This document shows, piece after piece, positions 1-8,002 of a DNA stretch of 64,000 nt. How positions within the stretch are numbered: the first letter of the stretch is position 1; each line of letters opens with the position of its first letter. Source of the stretch: a virus (Duplodnaviria > Caudoviricetes); IMG/VR virus record IMGVR_UViG_3300025679_000005; one strand, given 5' to 3'. The position numbers and the translations under genes were made by a program. Below the pieces are notes generated by a model. It was given only the letters and a program-made list of their open reading frames with translations, searched no databases and was not told where the DNA came from.

Positions 1-2
1 CC

Positions 3-605
3 CAAGTCCCGGAGAATTTGATCTCGTTCCATATCGTAGTGGCGAGTGGCCCTGTTGTGCCATCCGGGACGATCCAACTCGATGATCAGCTTTCTGTCGG
101 GGAAGAAAAAATCGGTTACAAAGGACCTGTCGTCAAGCTCGATGACATGTTGGTGAATGAAACTCACTCCGAGAAGCCCCAAAGCTTCAACCACGGCCAG
201 TTCAGTCTTGGGAAAAGCCAGTGCTTTTCCGGATGCATAGAGACGTGCCGCTGCTTTACTCAATCGAGTCCGACCACCTTCAGTGTACTGGTATGGCTTG
301 ATCACGATCCTCTTACTGAAACCGAATCGTCTACCAAGATAATGACAGGTGGGGGAGCAAAAATTCCCGCCATGCTTACTCTTGATGTGGGAAACATGAC
401 GGGTGAAATCCGTCCTGCAAACATCACAGGAGAGGCTGACTTTGGTCTGTTTCTCTTGCCCCCTAAGAATGTAGGAGCACTTCCTGGAGCAGGTAGTTTG
501 TTTTCCCTTGTCCAAGTACTTTTGGGCAGCGAGGTAGGCGATCAAACAGACCGGACAGACTCGTTCGACATTTCTATCCCAGCCGTTGTTTTGGGTCGGT
601 TCCAT
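3..605 (-). CDS. Zn-ribbon + DUF559/Vsr-like endonuclease, 3' end runs off the window; antisense inside the methyltransferase ORF
   Basis: Manual translation from ATG at 605 (minus): MEPTQNNGWDRNVERVCPVC...CSRKC...CDVC...FCSPTC...FIHQHVIELDDRSFVTDFFFPDRKLIIELDRPGWHNRATRHYDMERDQILRDLG. Absent from the ORF track because its stop lies outside the window. Confidence 0.8.
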   Translation of the reverse strand, partial: MEPTQNNGWDRNVERVCPVCLIAYLAAQKYLDKGKQTTCSRKCSYILRGQEKQTKVSLSCDVCRTDFTRHVSHIKSKHGGNFCSPTCHYLGRRFGFSKRIVIKPYQYTEGGRTRLSKAAARLYASGKALAFPKTELAVVEALGLLGVSFIHQHVIELDDRSFVTDFFFPDRKLIIELDRPGWHNRATRHYDMERDQILRDL

Positions 606-2480
606 TCTCCCAGAGTTGCTCAAAAGGACTTTATGAATAAGGGATGGGAGATTCCTAGTGTCTCCGTCTGGAAAGAGGTCTACCGCATACTCAAGCCAGG
701 GGCTTATGTCCTCTGCTTCGGGGGGACCCGAACCTTCGACCTCATTTCAATGGGGCTCCGAGCCGCAGGGTTCGAGAACCGCGACACGATCGCTCATGAG
801 TTCGGCGTTCCTGTTCTTCAGTGGGTCCAAGGGATGGGGATGCCCAAGAGCAGTAACCCAGGTAAGGTTGTCAAGAAAAAGATAGGTTCGTGGGTTGGTT
901 CGCGAGAACCTACTGATGAACACACAGTAGTAAATGCATACTGTACGTGTCTCAAAGAAACTAGAATGGACTCCGGAATTGGAGGTTCTGTTGGGGACAA
1001 TCTCCGATATGCAGCTAGCAGTTCAGATGGGGCTGCCCAGAACGTCGAGTTCAGAGAATCGCGTACGCCATCATCGACGCACGCTAGGTATAACAGCTCA
1101 CAGAACGAAGCTACATGTAGTGATAGTGTGCCTGACTTGCGGGAAAAAGGCCCGCAAGAGGATGAAAGAGATCCGCAAGAACAAGAAAAACTACTGTTCA
1201 CACCCGTGTGCATCGATGGGGCAGAAGACTCGGGATTCAGAGAGTCTGCGCTACGGGCGAGGGTGGAAAGCTCTGAAGGCTCTGGTGTTACAGCGGGACA
1301 AAGCTTGTCGATGCTGCAAACAGATCCCAAAAAGGACTCTTCACGTGCATCACTTGAAACCGTTCCGATTCGGGGGGACCAACAATTTGGAGAACTTGGT
1401 AGCTCTGTGCGATTCGTGTCATCACAAGATAGAGGCGGCAACGACCAGAATTTTGAGTTCGATACAGGTCGTTGTCACTCTAGAAGAATCTTGCTTGACG
1501 ATACAGGTAGATGGGGTCATGCGAGGGCAAGAGTCTGTTCCTGGTGTGGCTCCTTAGACAAGTCCTTTTACGATAGCCTAGAGAATCTTGGCAGTGCACT
1601 GAAGCCTGCTTGGGAGCCGATTCTGGTCTTTCGCAAGCCGGTAGAAAAGACCCTCGTGGAGAATGTGCTCAAGTACGGGACCGGGGGGATCAACATTGAT
1701 GCTACCCGAGTCAAGCACGCCAGCAAAGACGACTTCGAGAAGCACAAGGCACAGGTTGAGGCCGTCAAAGCCAAAGGCGGTGTCCGAGGAGATTCCTGGA
1801 AGAACTCCTCAGACCTCTCAGGAGCTAACGATGTGCAGGAAGGGGGTAGGTGGCCTGCCAACATCTTGCTCACGCATTCTGAGGGCTGCCAGCACAGCGG
1901 AACCACCAAGGTTAAGGCTCACCCCGCTTGGAACGACAACCGCCCACCATCTGCTTTTACCGGCCCAGAGACCTCTCCGGTGCACCATGCTGAAGAGGAT
2001 GGAACCGAAACCGTGGAAGTTTGGAACTGTGTAGAAGGTTGTCCTGTCCTGGCCTTGGAAACCCAAACCGGGCTCCTCAAGAGCGGGCCCCTGAATCAAG
2101 GAGGAGCCTCCAGGTTTTTCCAGCAGTTCGAAGGCCAAGAACTACCCGAGGCCCCGTTCTTTTACACAGCCAAGCCGTCTAAGAACGAGACGACGTTAGG
2201 CGGGCGCATAGAGAACGAACATCCGACGAAGAAGCCTATTGCTCTCATGAAGTGGCTCATTCGATTGGTCACACGAAAGGGGGGACTCACCATTGATCCC
2301 TACTGCGGGTCCGGGTCCACTCTCCACGCAGCCATCGAAGAAGGCGTCAACTTCACGGGAATTGAGAGGGACGAGCCCTCCTACAAGACCTCGGTGGAGC
2401 GTGTCACACTTGTAGCGAAATTGTACGAGGAAGCCCATGTCCAACGAGACCTCTTTGACCTTGCGATGTCGAATGACTGA
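18..2480 (+). CDS. N4/N6 DNA methyltransferase (beta-type), 5' part outside window, with two large in-frame inserts
   Basis: WKEVYRILKPGAYVLCFGGTRTF, GMPKS, ALKPAWEPILVFRKP, HPTKKPIALMKWLIRLVT, DPYCGSGST (SAM-binding motif I). Catalytic DPPY motif not seen, presumably upstream. Confidence 0.85.
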   Translation: MISFHIVVASGPVVPSGTIQLDDQLSVGEEKIGYKGPVVKLDDMLVNETHSEKPQSFNHGQFSLGKSQCFSGCIETCRCFTQSSPTTFSVLVWLDHDPLTETESSTKIMTGGGAKIPAMLTLDVGNMTGEIRPANITGEADFGLFLLPPKNVGALPGAGSLFSLVQVLLGSEVGDQTDRTDSFDISIPAVVLGRFHSPRVAQKDFMNKGWEIPSVSVWKEVYRILKPGAYVLCFGGTRTFDLISMGLRAAGFENRDTIAHEFGVPVLQWVQGMGMPKSSNPGKVVKKKIGSWVGSREPTDEHTVVNAYCTCLKETRMDSGIGGSVGDNLRYAASSSDGAAQNVEFRESRTPSSTHARYNSSQNEATCSDSVPDLREKGPQEDERDPQEQEKLLFTPVCIDGAEDSGFRESALRARVESSEGSGVTAGQSLSMLQTDPKKDSSRASLETVPIRGDQQFGELGSSVRFVSSQDRGGNDQNFEFDTGRCHSRRILLDDTGRWGHARARVCSWCGSLDKSFYDSLENLGSALKPAWEPILVFRKPVEKTLVENVLKYGTGGINIDATRVKHASKDDFEKHKAQVEAVKAKGGVRGDSWKNSSDLSGANDVQEGGRWPANILLTHSEGCQHSGTTKVKAHPAWNDNRPPSAFTGPETSPVHHAEEDGTETVEVWNCVEGCPVLALETQTGLLKSGPLNQGGASRFFQQFEGQELPEAPFFYTAKPSKNETTLGGRIENEHPTKKPIALMKWLIRLVTRKGGLTIDPYCGSGSTLHAAIEEGVNFTGIERDEPSYKTSVERVTLVAKLYEEAHVQRDLFDLAMSND
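934..1557 (+). CDS. HNH endonuclease nested in an alternative frame of the methyltransferase
   Basis: CRCC..LHVHHLKPFRFGGTNNLENLVALCDSCHHKIE; N-terminal CxxC Zn ribbon. Confidence 0.85.
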   Translation: MHTVRVSKKLEWTPELEVLLGTISDMQLAVQMGLPRTSSSENRVRHHRRTLGITAHRTKLHVVIVCLTCGKKARKRMKEIRKNKKNYCSHPCASMGQKTRDSESLRYGRGWKALKALVLQRDKACRCCKQIPKRTLHVHHLKPFRFGGTNNLENLVALCDSCHHKIEAATTRILSSIQVVVTLEESCLTIQVDGVMRGQESVPGVAP

Positions 2481-2973
2481 CCCTCTTGTGAGGTTTGTAG
2501 GTTTGGAGGACAGAGTGTTCAGCCAACCATTCACGGTCATCGATCCCCAGGGCTCGGCGTGGGGAATTGCGTCGGACAAGATCTGGTTCGTAGCCTCCAG
2601 AGGTAAGCACTTTGCTCGCTTTAAGGGTACTATGGATTCTCTGTCCTCAGTTCTTAAGTTGTTGAAGGCAGAACCTTCGGAGTTCATCGAGGCCCTATCC
2701 TCGGGAAAGTCCGTTGTTGAGGGATCCCCTATAGTTTCGATCTTAGGGGTCCCCGTCAGCCAAGACCGCTTGAACACCCTGATCGAGGCCTTCCCTTGTA
2801 GGATCCAGGTGTGGAATTCCTCAGCCTATTTAGGGGTACCTAGCCTAGGGTTCTATTCCAAGGAATGGCGAGCCTTTTTGATGGGCTATGAGAACGTCAT
2901 CGGGGAGGTACCTGAGTCCAACATTGAGGTTCAGGACGAGCGAAGCCTGTTCCGCCTTGCAATGGGTTTATAA
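2437..2973 (+). CDS. hypothetical protein
   Basis: 178-aa ORF overlapping MTase stop; start may be later (MTDPLV). Confidence 0.65.
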   Translation: MSNETSLTLRCRMTDPLVRFVGLEDRVFSQPFTVIDPQGSAWGIASDKIWFVASRGKHFARFKGTMDSLSSVLKLLKAEPSEFIEALSSGKSVVEGSPIVSILGVPVSQDRLNTLIEAFPCRIQVWNSSAYLGVPSLGFYSKEWRAFLMGYENVIGEVPESNIEVQDERSLFRLAMGL

Positions 2974-2999
2974 TGTGCTTTTGAGCAAGGGGATTTGAC

Positions 3000-3440
3000 A
3001 TGTCCTCTACCCCTGCCGCAAGAGTGACCATACGTTATGCGGCGGCCCGGCCAATGAAGCCGGAGAAGATGCAGGCCCTTCTCCTCAAGCTCCGGAAGGG
3101 TGCTGAGGGCAGCTTGCGAATGCCAGAGCTGGTGCAGGTCCTGGACTATCTAGGGGGCTACAAGCTCGAAGAGGCCTTGGTGCTTCAGAGTCAGGAACCT
3201 TACAAGGGTGCCAAGAAGGCTTTCTCTGGATCTCTGGCTCAGGTCAAGGCTGAGTGGGAAGAGATCAAGGCCAATGAGGTCAGCACTCTGCCGACTCATC
3301 CAGTGCTGCACAAGGTGTACTATCAGGATGTCGACCCTATCGTGGAAAAGGGTGACGGCACAGCTTACTTCAGAGCACCTTTCGTCCAGCCATTGTGCTC
3401 ACGGAGTCTGCGCTCTGGTTCTGTCGTGACGCCCGTGTAG
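3000..3440 (+). CDS. hypothetical protein; C-terminus overlaps an antisense GIY-YIG fragment
   Basis: 146-aa ORF; AARVTIRY N-terminal motif resembles the ORF at 9035. Confidence 0.6.
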   Translation: MSSTPAARVTIRYAAARPMKPEKMQALLLKLRKGAEGSLRMPELVQVLDYLGGYKLEEALVLQSQEPYKGAKKAFSGSLAQVKAEWEEIKANEVSTLPTHPVLHKVYYQDVDPIVEKGDGTAYFRAPFVQPLCSRSLRSGSVVTPV

Positions 3441-3520
3441 AGCAGCGTGGCATCGTTCGTGATGATGTAGACGAACCAGGCAGCATTCGTTATCTGAGGC
3501 AATACTTCACTTGTGCTCAT
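3365..3520 (-). pseudogene. truncated GIY-YIG nuclease (YhbQ/UPF0213-like), 51 aa
   Basis: Manual translation: MSTSEVLPQITNAAWFVYIITNDATLLYTGVTTEPERRLREHNGWTKGALK*. Confidence 0.65.
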
Positions 3521-3523
3521 TTA

Positions 3524-4144
3524 ATGGGTATGAGGCTGATAGATATTTCAGGACAGGTCTTTGGACGGTTGACAGTCATTAGGAAGTCTGAAGCACCCTC
3601 CATGTGGGAGTGTCTTTGTTCTTGCGGCACAACCAAGTTATTCACAGGTCCTAATTTGCGCACTGGAAATACCACTTCGTGTGGTTGCTTGCATAGAGAA
3701 AAGTTAGCGGCCTCCAACACAAGTCTGAAGTCCCTCGTGGAGCCATGGCTTGCAGACATGAACCTCTATGTTCGCAAGGTAGGCTATCGTCGGCAGCGAG
3801 GGAAGTTAGGTTCCAATCAATTTGCCTCTGTGGAAGGTAGCCCAGTATCTACTCACCCCTCCAATCATTGGGCACTAGACTTAGAGGCCTACACTAGTTT
3901 GGTGACTGGTATTTGTCATTATTGTGGGAGACCTCCTAATCAATTGCCCAAAGGTGCAAACATGAACCCCAGCTTAAGACGTAATGGCATCGACCGTATG
4001 GACAATACCAGGGGGTATGAACCGGACAATTGTGTATCGTGCTGTGCTTCGTGCAACAGAGAAAAAAGAGCACAGACCTTTGAAGTGTTCGTTGAAAATA
4101 CTAAGCGGCGCTACGAGCACCTAAAGACCAAAGGCTTGCTATAA
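3524..4144 (+). CDS. HNH-like homing endonuclease
   Basis: GQVFGRLTVI..WECLCSCG..LRTGNTTSCGC; CHYCG..NGIDRMDNTRGYEPDNCVSCCASCNREK. Confidence 0.85.
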   Translation: MGMRLIDISGQVFGRLTVIRKSEAPSMWECLCSCGTTKLFTGPNLRTGNTTSCGCLHREKLAASNTSLKSLVEPWLADMNLYVRKVGYRRQRGKLGSNQFASVEGSPVSTHPSNHWALDLEAYTSLVTGICHYCGRPPNQLPKGANMNPSLRRNGIDRMDNTRGYEPDNCVSCCASCNREKRAQTFEVFVENTKRRYEHLKTKGLL

Positions 4145-4147
4145 TAC

Positions 4148-4780
4148 TCACCAGGTGAAGTTGCCTTCAGCCTTACGTAGCTTGAGACGAGTCACGATCC
4201 ATGGGCCATAGGCTAGGTTGAAGAAGAGTCCTCCAGCCCAGCGCTTGCGGTCATAGTCCGACAAGTCTCTCATAGCACGATCACGACGACATTCGATGTT
4301 GAAAGCAGCAGCATCAATCATGGCTTGGCGGTGTTCACCCCAGATAGGGGCATGTGCCATAACCCAAACACTGTAATCGACAGCGCCCTCCTCACAAAAG
4401 GGATCTCCCTCAGGGAACCCTGCCAATGAAGCGTGCATGAACTCGTGGGTGAGCTTCTCCAAGGTCGTTCCTGGCTTGCCCTCAACGATGGATGGTGAGA
4501 GGCGGACCTGACCGTTGTCGGGTTGGAAGCTGGCGTTGGCACCACCCGAGTGGGCCCCATCATGGATCGAGAGGATCTCAGACATGGGCTCCTGTTGGTA
4601 GGGGCCTAGGGCTTGGGCGATGAAGGCGTAGCACTTCGGGGCCCACTCCTCGATGAACTTGTTCCACTCTGGGCTACACACGCTCGTGGTGAACTGCTTG
4701 GCCGCCCTTTTTGGCAGGATCGAGGCAGTCCTCAGGGTATGCTGCACTTCTGCTGGAAATGGGTTCACCCCAAAGCTCAT
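4148..4780 (-). CDS. putative zincin-like metallopeptidase
   Basis: THEFMHASL HExxH with downstream EEG. Confidence 0.65.
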   Translation of the reverse strand: MSFGVNPFPAEVQHTLRTASILPKRAAKQFTTSVCSPEWNKFIEEWAPKCYAFIAQALGPYQQEPMSEILSIHDGAHSGGANASFQPDNGQVRLSPSIVEGKPGTTLEKLTHEFMHASLAGFPEGDPFCEEGAVDYSVWVMAHAPIWGEHRQAMIDAAAFNIECRRDRAMRDLSDYDRKRWAGGLFFNLAYGPWIVTRLKLRKAEGNFTW

Positions 4781-4820
4781 TTATCAAAACCCTATGGATT
4801 TCTGGTGTATACCACCGGAT

Positions 4821-5219
4821 ATGTCCATGTCCTCAAAGATCACCACGATGATTGCGGCCAACCCTGGCTGGCTGGCCGTTTTCACTACGGCTGAAGGGAA
4901 CCCAATTTTCGTGCCGGTAGCCGCCTGGGCTTCCTTCGAGCATGAAGATGAGGGTGAGGAAATGTGGCCATCGGTTGAAGCCATGATTGCGGACGGTTTC
5001 CGTATCGTTCCAATCTACATTCAAGAAGAGTACGACGTGGATATGTTGGTCGGGATCTTCGGCCCTGAGCAGGTGGCAGCTACCGGACCCAAAGCCTGGA
5101 CCGAAAAATGCTTAGATTACCTGGCTGAAATCAAGAGCCTGGAGGCAGAGCATGCAGCGAACTGCCCTCACCATGGCGCCGAAGCCAATGAACTGAAGCT
5201 AGTTCCCAAGCCCAACTGA
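4821..5219 (+). CDS. hypothetical protein
   Basis: Acidic ORF; ATG 12 nt after a GGTGTA motif. Confidence 0.65.
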   Translation: MSMSSKITTMIAANPGWLAVFTTAEGNPIFVPVAAWASFEHEDEGEEMWPSVEAMIADGFRIVPIYIQEEYDVDMLVGIFGPEQVAATGPKAWTEKCLDYLAEIKSLEAEHAANCPHHGAEANELKLVPKPN

Positions 5220-5336
5220 AGCCTCTCAAAGAAAAGATCACCCGACCCAAACTTTCTACTTGACGTTTCACTTATAGCACTGTACTTACTAGGGACGCTG
5301 GTTGCAGAGCCAGCACCTATCCAAAAGCAAAAGGTC

Positions 5337-5567
5337 ATGTCTACTTCAACCGCAACCACACATACCAGCAAACCGGAGCTAACAGCTTCTGTGCTGTGGT
5401 GTGGGGTCAAGTTGGGACGGACCGTCAGTGGGATCAAGTTGGGCCGAGGCTTCGGCGGTCAGTCCCCCATGACGACCTCAACGCTCGGCGGCCTCCGCCA
5501 GGATAGCCAGAAGTATTCGCAACCAGCCTCCATTTCGTTCGCTGGCAATCTGGAGGCAGAAGCGTAA
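5337..5567 (+). CDS. putative leader peptide (76 aa) of the tRNA array
   Basis: AAAGG RBS; Thr/Ser-rich N-terminus; stop abuts antiterminator/terminator structure. Confidence 0.5.
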   Translation: MSTSTATTHTSKPELTASVLWCGVKLGRTVSGIKLGRGFGGQSPMTTSTLGGLRQDSQKYSQPASISFAGNLEAEA

Positions 5568-5630
5568 GGCGGTTTAGGATCACCCCCAAAGGGATCTGAA
5601 ACCGCCTCCGAAAGGAAGAGCGGTTTTTTT
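5567..5630 (+). terminator. intrinsic terminator with competing antiterminator (attenuator-like)
   Basis: AAACCGC(5599-5605)/GCGGTTT(5620-5626), GAAA loop, T-tract; alternative helix AGGCGGTTT(5567-5575)/AAACCGCCT(5599-5607). Confidence 0.7.
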
Positions 5631-5652
5631 CGTTTTAGGGCTCAGAAATTAC

Positions 5653-5735
5653 GGGTCGTGTGCTGCGCCGGGACGCAGGTCTGACTGTAAATCAGATGTC
5701 AATTGGCTATCTAGGTTCGACTCCTAGGCGACCCA
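5653..5735 (+). tRNA. tRNA-Tyr(GTA)
   Basis: Loop CTGTAAA, long V region, T-loop TTCGACT. Confidence 0.85.
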
Positions 5736-5791
5736 CTAGGAGAAACACATATCATGGAGAGGAGAATCAAACAGAGCTGCTGACACCCTGC

Positions 5792-5863
5792 GGGCCAGTA
5801 GCTAAGTGGTAAAGCTTTCGACTTTTAATCGAATGATCGCCGGTTCGAACCCGGCCTGGCCCA
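5792..5863 (+). tRNA. tRNA-Lys(TTT)
   Basis: Cloverleaf, loop CTTTTAA. Confidence 0.9.
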
Positions 5864-5905
5864 CCTTAAATGGGTGTCTTAATCTGCTTGTAAACCGATC
5901 CTAGT

Positions 5906-6541
5906 ATGCAAAGGGATCGACAGCTACACTCAGATTACACCACTCTGAAGATGAGGATTAGGCACAAGAGGTTGAAGCAACGAGCAGTCGACTATAAGGG
6001 CGGCAAGTGTGAGACCTGCGGATATGACAAATGTCTGTCCGCTTTGGAATTCCACCACACCGATCCAAATGAGAAAGACTTCGGGATAGCTTCTTCCACC
6101 AGATCTTGGGAAAGTGTCAAAGCAGAACTGATCAAGTGTAAGATGCTGTGTTCCAATTGTCACAGGGAAGAGCATGAACGGCTGACGGACTCTAAGCATG
6201 AAGAGCTTACCGTGAAGGTAAGGGAAGTCATACCAGAGAGGCCACCGGGGTTAAAAGCAGTCAGTCACTACTGCCTTGTTTGCAAAAAGGTTTTTGAGAC
6301 AGATGAGCCTGAACGCAAATTTTGCAGCACACTATGTACTCACAAAGATCAGGAAGTTACGAGCTGGCCCAGCGATTCTGAGCTGGCCCAAATAGTGTGG
6401 CAGATGCCTGTGAGTGCTGTCGCAAAGCAACTGAATGTCTCCGACAAAGCTATTTCCAAACGATGTAAACTGAGAGGCATAGAGACTCCAGGTAGAGGTT
6501 ACTGGCAACGACAACGGGTGTATAACTCAATGGTAGAGTAG
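5906..6541 (+). CDS. HNH endonuclease, family A (C-terminal WPS..LVW..LGVS..RGYW HTH-like tail)
   Basis: CETCGYDKCLSALEFHHTDP..LCSNCHREEH; stop lies in the D-arm of tRNA-Lys. Confidence 0.85.
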   Translation: MQRDRQLHSDYTTLKMRIRHKRLKQRAVDYKGGKCETCGYDKCLSALEFHHTDPNEKDFGIASSTRSWESVKAELIKCKMLCSNCHREEHERLTDSKHEELTVKVREVIPERPPGLKAVSHYCLVCKKVFETDEPERKFCSTLCTHKDQEVTSWPSDSELAQIVWQMPVSAVAKQLNVSDKAISKRCKLRGIETPGRGYWQRQRVYNSMVE

Positions 6542-6589
6542 CCGCCTCTTAAGCGGTTAGTTGGTCGGGTTCAAGTCCCCCTACACCCA
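6516..6589 (+). tRNA. tRNA-Lys(CTT)
   Basis: Loop CTCTTAA; acceptor GGGTGTA/TACACCC. Confidence 0.88.
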
Positions 6590-6612
6590 CGAAGAGATAC
6601 AGACACGAAATA

Positions 6613-6685
6613 TTCCGGGTTCGGCTAATGGTAGGCCAACTGACTCTGACTCAGTAAATCGAGGTTCGATCCCTTGCCCCGGAAC
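6613..6685 (+). tRNA. tRNA-Gln(CTG)
   Basis: Loop CTCTGAC; acceptor TTCCGGG/CCCGGAA. Confidence 0.9.
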
Positions 6686-6710
6686 TAGTAAGGAAGGCTT
6701 ACACCTTCCC

Positions 6711-6727
6711 TGCTCCTTGAAAATTTG
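6711..6727 (+). promoter_or_regulatory. boxA-like antitermination motif
   Basis: TGCTCCTTGAAAATTTG resembles rrn boxA TGCTCTTTAACAATTT. Confidence 0.4.
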
Positions 6728-6731
6728 AACA

Positions 6732-6970
6732 GGACACTTTGAATTCGTTTCCACCGATCCCGTCAGGGCTCGGAAAAACGCATCCAACACATCCGGAATG
6801 AAGCCGGCGCTGTGATTGGCTGTCCGCAGAGTAAGCTCGACCTCACAAGGTAGAGTGCAAAAAGCGGTGGAGCACCATCTCCATTAGGAACTCGGAATTC
6901 TCTCCTGGTTTGTCCGTGGGCGACAGGGCACACAAAACTCCTTCGGGAGTGCGTGTGAACTGTCACCCAA
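6732..6970 (+). ncRNA. unknown multibranched structured RNA
   Basis: Nested helices GGACA/TGTCC, GAATTC/GAATTC, TCCACCG/CGGTGGA plus several hairpins; no ORF. Confidence 0.55.
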
Positions 6971-6974
6971 TTTT

Positions 6975-7045
6975 GCCCCCATCGTCTATTGGTAGGACAC
7001 TAGGTTCTCAACCTGGTAAGAGGAGTTCAATTCTCCTTGGGGGCA
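6975..7045 (+). tRNA. tRNA-Glu(CTC)
   Basis: Loop TTCTCAA; acceptor GCCCCCA/TGGGGGC. Confidence 0.9.
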
Positions 7046-7096
7046 CTGAGTGGCGTATTGGAGGGGCAGTAATCCACTTGTAAGCCTGCCCCTTGT

Positions 7097-7810
7097 ATGC
7101 AACCAGAAACAGCCATTTGCTCTGTGTGCCACGACCCTAAGCTACTGACCTCTTTTGAGATGGCTAAAGTTGGTCGTCGGACTCAGTGCAACCAGTGCAG
7201 GCACCTCCAAAAGAAGAAGGCCAATCCTGACAGAGTCAAAAATGAGGGCCGAAAAGCCCATGGCAAAATTGCCGCTAGACGGCGTCTATATCCAGATTGG
7301 GCTATTTACGTAGACTGTAAGGCCTCCGACAGAAAACGAGGATTGGTCAACGATTTGGACAGAGAGGTCATTCGGTGCCTAATTGCCAAGGGGTGTCAGT
7401 ACTGCGGTGAGACTCGACTTCGCATGACCCTCGATAGAAAAGACAACTCCTTAGGGCATGTGCAAGCAAATGTGATGCCCGCCTGCCTACGTTGTAATTA
7501 CATGAGAGGCTCTATGCCTTATGCTGCGTGGGAATTGATTGTTCCTGTGTTGCACAGCATAAGAGAACAAGGCCACTTCGAGGATTGGCAGTCAGTACCG
7601 CTCAATCTTCAATATGCTGAGGACCAGTCAATGGAGACACCCTCTGACCCAAAGCAGCACAACGGTACTGCGATGGTCAAAATAACGTGCTTGGAGTGTG
7701 GCCAGCAAGCGGTTAAGGTTGCAGGGTATGTGAAGGCTAATGCACAGAAGGGCCATAAAGGACCCTTCTGTGGAAGGTCCTGTGCTGCTAAATACTCTTC
7801 TAGAAAGTAA
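7097..7810 (+). CDS. HNH-like endonuclease, family B (paralog of 22384-23088)
   Basis: GCQYCGETRLRMTLDRKDNSLGHVQANVMPACLRCNYMRGSMPY. Confidence 0.8.
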   Translation: MQPETAICSVCHDPKLLTSFEMAKVGRRTQCNQCRHLQKKKANPDRVKNEGRKAHGKIAARRRLYPDWAIYVDCKASDRKRGLVNDLDREVIRCLIAKGCQYCGETRLRMTLDRKDNSLGHVQANVMPACLRCNYMRGSMPYAAWELIVPVLHSIREQGHFEDWQSVPLNLQYAEDQSMETPSDPKQHNGTAMVKITCLECGQQAVKVAGYVKANAQKGHKGPFCGRSCAAKYSSRK

Positions 7811-7811
7811 C

Positions 7812-7883
7812 GCGGGTGTTACGCCAAGGTGGATTCCGATCTTGCCAAGATCGATTCGGTCGGTTCGATTCCCGTCACCCGCT
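7812..7883 (+). tRNA. tRNA-Gly(GCC)
   Basis: Loop TTGCCAA. Confidence 0.88.
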
Positions 7884-7888
7884 CTCAT

Positions 7889-7972
7889 TGACAGGTACCC
7901 GAGTGGAAGCAGGGGTCCGGCTGTTAACCGGAAGTAGAAATACCGTCGTTGGTTCGAATCCAACCCTGTCAG
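7889..7972 (+). tRNA. tRNA-Asn(GTT) with long variable arm
   Basis: Loop CTGTTAA, G73, 15-nt V region AGTAGAAATACCGTC. Confidence 0.8.
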
Positions 7973-8002
7973 CAATATACCATCTATCAACCTCCCCATT
8001 GT

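Noticed and set aside
6752-6790. SRP RNA (CCCGTCAGG..CGGAA)
   Set aside because: Lacks the GGAAG-GAAGCAGC helix 8 motif; resemblance is only partial.
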